Source: Mobula hypostoma
Lineage: Eukaryota
Length of the DNA stretch: 64,000 bases
Direction of reading: 5' to 3'
Assembly: GCF_963921235.1 (NCBI RefSeq)
Contig: NC_086097.1
Location: forward strand, 129,830,001 to 129,894,000
Shown: piece by piece, positions 53,696 through 64,000 of the stretch
Layout of the letters: each line of letters opens with the position of its first letter
How positions within the stretch are numbered: position 1 is the first letter of the stretch
Translations under genes and position numbers: made by a program
The notes under the pieces: model-generated
Database searches by the model: none
Told to the model about the DNA's origin: nothing
What the model saw: only the letters and a program-made list of their open reading frames with translations

Positions 53696-54399
53696 GAATC
53701 CAATGGATCCAATTTCCTGGTTACAGATTGCACTGAGTGATTGTCTCCGTATCACAGCACGGCAATTCTGTGTACAATCTCTGGTGTGAACACACATCAC
53801 TTCCATCACTCCTCAAGTTACACTCTAATGTTTCGATGGAGAAAAACCAGCCGTGAAAGTAAAAGTAATATTCTAAAGCATTAGGTTAGATAGTTCATTA
53901 AGGCTAAAAAAATGGGTCATGCAAGAGTAAGTCTCTGTTCAGCCTGGCAATATAATGAGTTACATAATACTGATGAATTAGTATATTTAAAAACACATTT
54001 CCCCTTTACTGCTGGAATCAATTTTACTTATTATGTTTACATTAATGTACCTCAAGAGATTAGGATCTGATGGAATATTATATTTGTATAGTAGAGATGT
54101 TAAATAATTCGGTCTATTTGATGTACAGCAAATGAATGCCGTTAAATTCTTTTAAACTAAAACAGCTTATTAGACACATTTTTAATAGCTGTACAAATCA
54201 ATATAAATATTTAACAGAATCATAATGAAATTACATAACTTTAAATTTCACATTAGTACCCATGGACATTCAGCCAAAAAATTTATAATATCTTTAACAA
54301 TGAAGGGTTTATACTCAAAGGAGAAATTCAAATAATCAACTTGGCAATACTGATGAAAATTGAAATTGCTATTTTTTTTAAAGTAGCCCTTTAATGGTC

Positions 54400-54490
54400 C
54401 AGTTTATCTCAAGCCCAACTGGTCCTGTTTACAGCAAATTTAGCAACAAAATTTGCTGTAAACAGGACCAGTTGGGCTTGAGATAAACTG
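54400..54490. repeat. Perfect inverted repeat, 42-bp arms with a 7-nt spacer
   Basis: 54400-54441 is the exact reverse complement of 54449-54490; spacer agcaaca. Confidence 0.97.
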
Positions 54491-55117
54491 AGAAGCACAT
54501 AGAACAGATCAACGCAGGAACAGGTCTTTCAGTGCACAATGCCCGCACCGAAACAAGTTAAACTAATTCTCCTCTAGCTATACATGACTTTTATCCCTCA
54601 ACTCCTTGCATATTTATTTCACAATCCAACATCCTCTTAAATACTATTACTGCGCCACTTATCACTATTAGACATAACAACCCATTTCAGGCATCATCCA
54701 CTTTATGTGTTTAAAAAAATGCCCCACATATCTCCTTTAAACTTCCCCTCTCTCATCTTAAACGCATGTCTTCTAATACTTGACATTCCTATTCTGGAAA
54801 AAGATTCTGCCTCTGCTGTCTATGGCTCTCATAATCTTACAAGACTTCTATCACGTCTCCCCTCAGCCCCAGAGAAAATAACCTAAGTTTGTCTACCTCT
54901 CCAGACAGCACATACAATACCTTCTAATCTAGGCAGCATCCTGGTGAACTGCACCATTCCCAAAGCTCTCATATCCTGGGAGTCAAATCAGCCACCAAGC
55001 TGGATAGGACCTTTACAGTGAGGTCTATGCACAATTAAATAAAGACTGGTAGTTTAATGGAATATTGTGTGAAGTGCTGACCCTTCAAATGAGATAAAAT
55101 GATTGACTGTAATATAT

Positions 55118-55220
55118 AGGGAGTCTTGATCATAAGTGGGCCGAAACTCCTGAAGACAGGTGGCAGATCAACTGATGATCCCACTGGTGATAGCACATCT
55201 TAGTCCATGTGTATTTTGAA
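55118..55220 (+). mobile_element. Very short Hero 3'UTR fragment containing permuted hammerhead copy 2
   Basis: Near-identical to 32828-32940; stem II agtggg/cccact is fully paired. Confidence 0.85.
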
Positions 55221-55247
55221 TTCAATTAAAAAAAAAAATATATATAT

Positions 55248-55250
<3 letters not shown>

Positions 55251-55280
<30 letters not shown>
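55251..55280. repeat. (AC)n microsatellite
   Basis: Direct observation. Confidence 0.95.
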
Positions 55281-55284
<4 letters not shown>

Positions 55285-56532
55285 CTATGCAAAAGTCCTT
55301 TTTCAAATAAATAACTTTTCAAATAAAATATTCATTACTTTGTAGGTATATAGCCCAGTGCATATATAAGAAACAGGTGCTAATGATCAAAGGCATAATG
55401 AGTTGAATGACCTGAACTGATTAACCAAAACAGAAATGCGCGTAGAAGCAATCAACCTGGGTGAAGGACAACCAAACTGAAAGGTGAGGGTGTGGCAGAT
55501 GTGACTGTTAATCTTCAAATTGTCAATTCTTACACCATGGCAAGAGTGTGCATAGTAACAAGACACAAGGTGGTCACCCTGCATTAGCAGGGTCTTCTCC
55601 AAGCAGAAATGTTGTGGCTGGCAGGAATTTCAAGATATGCTATCCAAGCTCTTCTGAAGAAGCACAATGAAATGGTCAAGGTTGAGGACCAGAAACGCAG
55701 TGGTTGGCCATGGAAACTGAGTACAGCAGATGAGAGATACATCAAACTGACATACTTTCTGAATCAGAACTCCAGCACTGCTATCAGCTCTGAAAGCAAA
55801 GAAACCACTGGAACCCAAGTACACCCCTTTATGGTCCAGAGAAGTACAGTTAGAAGGGGTCTTCATGGAAGAGTTGCCACCAAAAAGCCATTCCTGTCAA
55901 GTAGAAACAAAGCCAAGAGACTCACCTATGCACTAAGACAGAAGACTGGTGTGCTGAACAAAGGGAGCAAATGCTTTGGACTGACGAGTCAAAATTTGAA
56001 ATATTCGGCTCAAACAGGCTGCAGTTTGTCTGTAGAAAAGCTGGAGAGTGCTACACAGATGAGTATCTTCAGCCAAGAGTGAAGCATGGTGGAGGTTCCC
56101 TGCAGGTTTGGGGCTACTTTCTGCAAATGGAGTTGGTGATTTGGTCAGAATTAATGGAATCCTCAAAGCTGAGAAGCAGGTTCTCATACATAATGCAATA
56201 CCATCAGGGAGGGGTCTGATTGGTCCCAACTTCATTCTGCAGCAGGACAATGACCCCAAACACATGGCCAAGGTCATAAAGATCTACCTTCAGCGAAAAG
56301 AAGAACAAGGAGCTTTGCAACAGATGGTATGACCTCCAAAGCCTTGATCTCCACATCATCAAAGTTTTAAAACCAAAGAGTAGTCGCACCAAATATTGAT
56401 TTGATTTAGTGTTTTACTACTTACTGTTCTCTATGGTATTTTTTTGATACTTAGAAACTTTTTATTAGTTTTGGAAGTATCTTCACTTTACAGGATTTTT
56501 TTACATGTGCCTAATATATTTGCACAGTACTG
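55280..56532 (+). mobile_element. Decayed Tc1 transposon
   Basis: Termini cagtactatgcaaaa / tttgcacagtactg-TA; LWTDESKFEIFG..KHGGGS..ILQQDNDPKH. Confidence 0.9.
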
Positions 56533-56589
56533 TATGTGCGTGTACACATGCACACATATATATATTAACTACTCCCCGGATCATTACAG

Positions 56590-56765
56590 AGCAGCATGGT
56601 AGCAAAGTGGTTAGCGTAATGCTGTAACAGCGCCAGCGAATCATGTTCAGTTCTGCTGCTATCTGTCAGGATTCAGTCATTCTGAAATTGTATGGGGCAG
56701 TAGGTTCGTACGGGTTTATTGGGACAGAAGAATCTGTTACCATGCTGTATCTCTAAATAAAAAAT
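56590..56765 (+). mobile_element. tRNA-headed SINE with a CR1-like tail
   Basis: tagcaaagtggttagcg head; tail gctgtatctctaaataaa. Confidence 0.65.
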
Positions 56766-56834
56766 TAAATCGATATAAACACATTTAAAATGGAAAATAT
56801 TGAGATATCAAAGCTATGTGCTGCAATTCACTCC

Positions 56835-58980
56835 TTATTAAAATACTCATTCGTAGCTGTGCTGAAGTGATGGGGATTTGGAGGGGAGGTGTTGAGCATA
56901 AAGCTTCCCTTCACGCTGACGATCTTTTATTTTTTATATCAAACCTGACTACCTCCTTACCCTCAATGTTTTCACTTCTTAATAAATTTAGCCACCTTTC
57001 TGGCTATAAACTTAAATTACATAAGAGTGAGCTCTTTCCAATCAATAGAGAAGCACAAGCTTTAGTATTCCATGACCTCCCTTTTAAAGTAGTTAACAAC
57101 CAGTTCACTTATCTTGGTATTACAGTAACAAGGAACTTTAAGAATCTTTTTCGAGAAAATTTTACCAATCTTCTAAACTCTACAGAGCTTGACACAGTGG
57201 TCAACCTTGTCTATGTCTCTTGTAGGTCATATTAATGTTACTAAAATGAATATCCTTCCTAAATTTTTGTATCGATTTCAGTCTTTACCAATTTTTATTT
57301 CTAAAGCTTTTTTTGATGGGTTAGATTCTATTATATCGTCTTATCACTGGAAGGGTAAACACCCTAGACTTAATAAAGCTCATCTTCAAAAATCTAAAAA
57401 GGAAGGTGGTATGGCCTTGCCTAATTTTCGTTTATATTATTGGGCAGCCAATATTCGTTGTCTTATTTTTTTGGTCTTTCTTCCATAATAAGTCTGACTG
57501 CCCAAAATAGGTGGCAATGGAGTTGAACTCTACTAAGGATCTTTCAATTTCTGCACTTCTTTGTCATTTGCCTAGACTTATTGTTAATCCTCTTATCAGA
57601 CATACTGTAAGAATATGGGCTCAGTTCAGAAAATTTAATGGTCTTCATGGTTTTTCTCTCTCTAGCCCTATTTTACACAATCATCTTTTCCTACCTTCTA
57701 TGTGGGATTCACCATTTTACGACTGGTATTAGGTGCTTTGAAAATCTTTTCATAGATAATCGTTTTGCAACTTTCCAACAATTGTCTGTAAAGTTTAATC
57801 TACCTAATACTAATTTCTTTAGTATTATCTTTAGTCTAATCTTCAAATTAGACATTTCATTAACCCTTTGATATCAAACTTTCCTGAGATGCCTGTGAAA
57901 AATATTCCGGACTTGTTTCTTTGTATCAATCCATTGGGTAAAGGTTTAATTTCTGTTATTCAGGATAAGTTAGTGATTTTGAGGCGTGCCCCTTTTGATA
58001 AAGTTAGAACTGCCTGGGAACAAGATCTAAATATCTCCCTATCTGAGGCGATTTGGGATTTAATTCTTAAGTCAGTCAATTCAACCTCTCTATGTGCTCG
58101 TCACTGCCTTTTGCAGTTTAAGGTTGTACACAGGACTCATATATCTAAAACCAAATTATCGCGGTTTTACCCCGACATTAGTGCTGTTTGTGATAAGTGT
58201 AAAGAGGCTGAGGCTTCCTTTATTCATATGCATTGGACCTGTCCTAGTCTAGAGAAATTCTGGAGAGAAGTTTTTTCAACCCTATCTCATATTCTTAATT
58301 GCCATTTAGAACCTAACCCTCTGGTTGCTCTTTTTGGCACCTTGGGTGATGTAAATTTGCCGATTTGAGTCCGACTAAATGCCAAACATTATCTTTTGCC
58401 TCTCTCTTGGCTAGACGGTTGGTTCTTCTTAGGTGGAAAGATGCTGCCCCACCCACTCATGCTCAATGGCTCAGTGATATTATGGCCTGTTTAGACCTCA
58501 AAGATTAATTATTCACTTCTTAATTTGGACATAAAGTTTTATAAGGTGTGGGGACCTTTTCTTGAATATTTCATAATTCTTCTTTAGGGTAAGTTTATCC
58601 TTTTTTTTGTATGCTACAATCCCTTACTTTCAGCTTTTTTTTGTAAGTTATACAGTTTTTTTGTTGTGAATTACATTATACTTTTGGTAGTCAGCAATAT
58701 ACTTTCTTTATTCCTATATATATTTACAGTTCTCTGGGGTTGAATGCTCCGACTGATTTATTTTTTCTTTTATATGCAAATGGTTGGCCTGGGTTTTCTT
58801 TTTCAGTGGGAGGTTGGGGTGGATATTATTTTTACATAATTCTCTTTTGGGTGCTTTTTTTCTTATTGTTATGAATTACATATTGGATTTGTTTTGCACT
58901 GTATAAATCTCCATTCTGTTGTTTGGTTTTCTCTCTGTAGTTTCTGGTAGAAATGCATAAAAAATTAATTTTAAAATAAA
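56835..58980 (+). mobile_element. 5'-truncated L1 LINE (RT C-terminus, zinc knuckle, 3'UTR)
   Basis: HKASLHADDLL..FSHLSGYKL..KSE; KMNILPKFLY; GGMALPNF; CDKC..FIHMHWTC; A-rich tail. Confidence 0.92.
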
Positions 58981-59889
58981 GTACTTGTCATGTTCTCTAT
59001 TGCATTGATCGCCTTGCTTTCCTTGCTAGTATACGTCAGTGCTATCATTCGGGAACATGGAATCTTGGTGCTCCATGTAATCGTAGACTACAACTGCACA
59101 AAATTATAGCCAATACTAAAGAATCACCTTCCCTCCTTCATGTTCGCTCAAGCTTGTGTTCTGTCCATGAACGTGCTGTACAATGCCATTGTTAGAAGTC
59201 AACTCGGGCTCAGGCTCACTTGGTAGCCACTCCTCTATGTTGTCTGTGTTTACTCTTTCACCTTCATCCATTTGCTGCCCGACCTCATGCTAAACTCTCT
59301 TCTTCATTCCAATCATAACCTTTGGAGAGATTTTGCGCCACGATTCAATTGCACTCAACACTCTGGTCATTGCAGCCTATGTTATGGCCAGCACAGCACT
59401 CTGTATTCCGCATACCTCATGAATGGAATCCAGTCTATTTTTTTTCAACCAGTTTTCAAATTGCTCCCCCCACAAATATATTTTTGTAAAGGTCCAGATC
59501 AATAATAGCTTTTAATGCATGCAACTACTCCCTGGCTTACAGCCTGGATGAAAAAGACACAATTGATGCCTTCATTGATAGGCATTTTCAGTAACATTTG
59601 ATTTGTCTGCTTTGCAAGTTCATTCTGGTTGCAACTTTTATTTTTCAATGATTGCTGAGAGTTCTTCTTGGCAGCTGAACTGCCTGTACATAGCTCAGGC
59701 CCCTGAATACTGTACAGATCTCTCAGATACCACGTTGTTTTTGTATGTCAAGTTGGCCAGTTAGGCAAAATGCTTAAATTGCATGCGTTGCAGGAGCACC
59801 AAACAAAAAAAAAATAAGCCACATAAGTCTGTTCACTGGTATACTTACCTTTCTTTGTTGAAAAACTATTTCCAGCATTGCTTTGTCCA

Positions 59890-60900
59890 AATTTTCACAA
59901 TTTGTGGCCTTCACTAATTTTCATCAGTCAAAGAGTCCATTGAGTTCCTGTCCTCCCTTTCAATCGGTCCCATTCTGCCTCTTTCACTCACTTTCTAGAC
60001 TTACTACTTCCATCTTAGGGGCAAGGTTTGAAACCAACATCCATCAGAAGCCCATCAATTGCCATAGTTAACTTGACTACACATCCTACCACCTGCTCCC
60101 AATGGGGAGAGGAATTCATTCCATTTTCCCAATTTCTTGGCTCAGTCCTATCAGTTATGAGTATCATCTTGCATACAGCTGGTTCTGAGGAATCTTCCCA
60201 ATACCTTAACCAAGACTTCCCTGCTATCAAAGTTGACAGTGATCTCAATCATGAATGTTCCATTTCTCTCTCTTCTGCTCTCACAACCTCTCTTAGCCCC
60301 TCCGTAAGGAGAGGATTTCCCTTGTCCTCACCTACCACCCCATCAGTATCCCAGGTGAACTGATTTCTAAAACATTCAATAAGACCACAGATCATCAAAC
60401 ATATCTTCTTCTTCTCTCTCAGCATTACAAAGGGACAGTCCTTCATCATCTTTTTGATCTATCATCAGCATAAACACCCCATCTCACGGCACAGGAGAGG
60501 GAACAGAGACTCATTTTACCACTTCCCCTTCCATGGCCATTCCCTTGGTGAAGTGACAATTCAGTAGCGATGCTTTCAATTTTAGTGTATTGCTTTGGGT
60601 TCATGATGTGGTCTTTTGTGGAGTGGAGAAATTGAATGCAGACTGGATAACTGCTTGGCAGAATATCTCCATTCAGTCTACAGGGATGGTACTGAGTTTC
60701 CAGTTTGACGGTTCCACTGAAGACCAATATAACAGCAATTAGTTTCCAAACAAGATGTATTACAGCTCTCAGGACTTGACACCAAAATTAGCAAATTCAG
60801 AACCTGCTATTCCAGCTTGCATCAAAATTGCCAGACCTCAGGATATTTCAATTAGTAAAGTTAACTCTATTTTTCACCCTCTAAAGGAGCTGCTTGACCA
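59890..60900 (+). mobile_element. Highly decayed Penelope-like element
   Basis: Remnants such as TNIHQKPINCHS, IPFSQFL and PLSSPT. Confidence 0.55.
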
Positions 60901-61529
60901 TTTGAGCATTTTCTGTTCTTATCTCTAAAACTGAATTACATCCGTCCCAGACTTTGAGATACAAGTTACTAAACTGCAGAAAATTAAGCTGACATAACAC
61001 ACATTGACTGAACTACACAGAATATTATTGCAGTAGCATATTTCAGAGTTTTTATTTTTTTATCAGCAATATAATTCAGCATTAGAACACAACTAATGAA
61101 AGCATCTGCTTTAATTGTATTTGCTAAAACTAGCAAAAGAGTTCAATTCAACACTTTGCTGAAGCGTTTGATAAAACATTAAATACTTACACATTGCTAA
61201 GTTTCCCAAAACACAATTACCCGGTGGAAACTTTAATGACTGAACAACTCTCCTTGCAGAATCTTTCATTAGCTTGCATGGCAATGTTGCAGGAAGACAT
61301 AGAAAATGGAATATTAATTACACCCACAACAAAGCTAATTCCGATGGGCACAGTTCGATATGCCCACATCAGAATAATGTTGAGACTCACGCCTACAGCA
61401 ACAAGAATAACACAGACTGCAAAGCTTAGAAAACACATGGCTGTAATTATCTCTGACGAATGGCATGCATTAAAACAAACTCAATAATACAGCAGTTACA
61501 TTTAAATTATGCTCTCAACCAAATGGAAG

Positions 61530-62785
61530 GCAAAACTAACAGTGTGCCTATTCAACACAATCATCCTATCAAAACTTATCATTAAGCTTCAAGACCTGGA
61601 CCTCTGTATCTCCCTCAGCAAATGGATACTGGTCTTCCTCATCAACAAGCCTCAATCAGTGAGGATTGATAATAAATAACATCGCCTCCTTGTTGATCAT
61701 CAACACAGGTGCACATCAAAGTTATGTGCTTAGCCCCACGCTCTACTCTCCATACACCCATAAGTTTGTGGCTAAGCACTGCTCCAACGCAAGCTTCAAA
61801 TTTTGTCAATGACATTACTGCTGTTGGACAAATCACAAGTACTGATGAGTTAGCTAACCAGAGCGAAATAGGAGACCTGGTTCAGTGGTGCCACAACAAC
61901 AACACACAACATCAGTGAAACAGAAGAGCTGATTGTTGACTTCAGGAATGGGAAGGAAGGTGAACTGTGCCAGTCTACATTGAGGGATCACTGGTAGAGA
62001 GAGTCAGCAGCTTTAAATTCCAGGGCATTAACAAGAGCAGAACTGGGCCCAGCACGCAGTTGCAATCACAAGGAAAGCAGGTCACCAAACACTCTAACAA
62101 ATTCTATGTTTGTACTTTTGAAAGTATCCTGACTGGTTGTATCATGGTGAGGTATGGCAATTTGAATGCAAAGGAATGTAAGAAGCTGCGGAGAATAATG
62201 AGCTGTGCTCAATACATCTTGGAGTTAACCCTCCCTGCCATCGGTAATATCTAAATGAGGCAAAAGTATGGATATGTACAGACCATAATGGAAACGTATG
62301 TAAAGGATGGAGAGTTATTGAATGGTTTATTGTATATAATTTTATTTTTGAATAAAGTATATTTTGAAATAAAAAAGTATCTAAATGAGGTACTGCCACA
62401 AGAAAGCAAAATATGCCATCAATGATCCTGGCATTCTGGGCAATGCCATCTTTTCACAGCTACCATTAAGCAGTGGCTATAGAAGCCTTAAGTTCCACAC
62501 CAGCAGGTTCAAAAACAGCTCCCTGCCTTCAAGTATTCAGTAGTTCTTGAACTCACTGTCAAAAACCCTAATCATAACAGCATTATTAGCAACATTATGA
62601 CGACTGATCACCTTGCACAAAAATGAACTGTTTCTTTTTGTTTTAATTGAGTTCTTTCTTGTAAAATTTATGATTTTCTTATGAATACAGCTTATATGAT
62701 GGAATACACCTGTGATACTGCTGCAAATAAATTTTTAATTGCACCTGTGCGTACATGTAGTTATGCCAATGACAATAAACTTGAC
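61530..62785 (+). mobile_element. Rex1/Babar LINE (RT to 3' end)
   Basis: FVNDITAVGQIT..LVQWCHNN; ELIVDFR; VERVSSFKF.G; ESILTGCIMVRYGN; tail gacaataaac. Confidence 0.88.
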
Positions 62786-62809
62786 TTTTTTTTAAAACAG
62801 AAGCTATAG

Positions 62810-63050
62810 AATGCAATAGCAGGGAGGGCAGTAATTAGCTGGCACTGTGTTTGATACAAACTCCACTGACCAGCATCCTTCAACAGGTAGGAGCAGATGG
62901 GCAGTGATTTGGCCACCACTGCCGGCCCACCAACTGGAGAGTGTCATGGTTAAGGGTCGAAAACACTCTGTGAAGGTTGGGAGCCACCCGATGACATTTG
63001 CTCCTGGCTGAAGGCTACAGTTACTTTATAAGGTATCTGGAGAATGCACC
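62810..63050 (+). mobile_element. Hero-type 3'UTR-like segment of a second family, containing permuted hammerhead copy 3 (62938-62998)
   Basis: cactgccggcccaccaactggagagtgtc is homologous to cactgctggcccaccacctcgagggagtc in copy 1. Confidence 0.7.
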
Positions 63051-64000
63051 CTAACAGGTGTATGTAACAAGTAATCTCTGTTTTGTACCAGTGGCTTCCA
63101 GGAAAGACTGGATTGCAACCGAGGAAGGTCAGTGACGCTGGAGAGACAGCTGACCTCCAGGAAAGACTGACACGGGCTCACAAGGCTAGCAACCTTGTGG
63201 GCAGCACTCGCAAGAGGGAACCACTCAAGCTACGATTGAACACAAAGAGCAATACCCTCAGAGTCTCCTGAGAGGGAGGGGAGAGGATGAGAGACGCAAC
63301 GGGACGATATACCGGCAATGGCCAGGACAGGAAACACAACTACAAGGAAGCTAAAGCAAACAACACTGACTGGAGAGGAATTCACAGTAAGGTGTCATTG
63401 CAGGAAAGTCTGCAAAAACATCAGAGGGCTCAAAAGATATACCAGAGCAGGTCTAGATGTGGATCAATGGTGACCCAAGTGCAGCACATGGACTTGGTGT
63501 CCGGTGAGACGAAGGAGAATTCCAGCCAGGAAGCATCCCACAGAGCTGAAGATCTCTCCGCACTCGAGTAGCCTCAGCACCGAACAACAGACCAAGTGAG
63601 TTCCCCTTTGGCTACCCCAATCCATTCATCAAGGAAAGGCAGGATCAAATGGCCTAGATCGTCAGACAACGTCACCTGGATGCAACCAAATAGGAGGGAA
63701 AGGGAGGTTCGTCGCTTGAGAGGTGAATTACAGACGCTCAACAAGAGGTTTAAAACCAGCTCACTGACCAAAAGAGAAGGTTTCAAGGACGTAACCAGTA
63801 TGCTGCGGGAAAAGCTGTGCAAACTCTGGAGGGCGGAACATCTACGACAGCAAAGAAGGAAGAAAGAGAAAAGGCGAGCGCAGTTTGTGAGAGATCCATT
63901 CAGTTTCACCAGGACTCTTCTCGGCCAACAAAAATCTGTTATACTATCCAGTTCGAAGCCAGAGGGAGAGGAGTTCCTGTGGGAGGCACACAGTGACCCA
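63050..64000 (+). mobile_element. Hero-clade retrotransposon 5' region (N-terminal zinc finger), running off the window
   Basis: CHCRKVCKNIRGLK/IYQSRSRC; QEASHRAEDL; RIKWP; PNRRERE..LREKL..RAE..FVRDPFSFTRTLLG..HSDP. Confidence 0.85.

Noticed and set aside
59848..59915. Strong minus-strand donor AG|gtaagt as a candidate penultimate CTDP1 exon
   Set aside because: No VDDILGEGS-like sequence upstream, and it abuts Penelope debris; the real exon is probably outside the window

Overview
Eukaryotic, repeat-rich vertebrate genomic DNA. The repeat set (CR1 with an esterase ORF1, Penelope, Rex1/Babar, RTE, Hero, L1, Tc1, Chapaev) suggests a cartilaginous fish, probably a ray; this is inference. The only host gene I can support is CTDP1/FCP1 on the minus strand: its terminal coding exon is 25732-25597 and its 3'UTR runs to about 24805. 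The right ~38 kb is probably its last intron, as I found no upstream exon. Nearly all tracked ORFs are transposon debris. The most interesting signal is self-cleaving RNA structure in retroelements. (1) A hammerhead core whose three strands are in a non-circularly permuted order occurs in Hero-type LINE 3' regions: three copies, with compensatory stem changes, and one copy lies directly upstream of a Hero 5' end. (2) An HDV-like ribozyme with an extra stem-loop in L3 forms the 5' end of a ~560 bp non-autonomous RTE-like element. (3) Minimal hammerheads occur in Penelope terminal repeats. There is also a perfect 42-bp inverted repeat in the intron. All folds were read by eye and are untested. 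TE boundaries without TSDs are approximate, and TE family assignments come from recalled motifs, not database searches.
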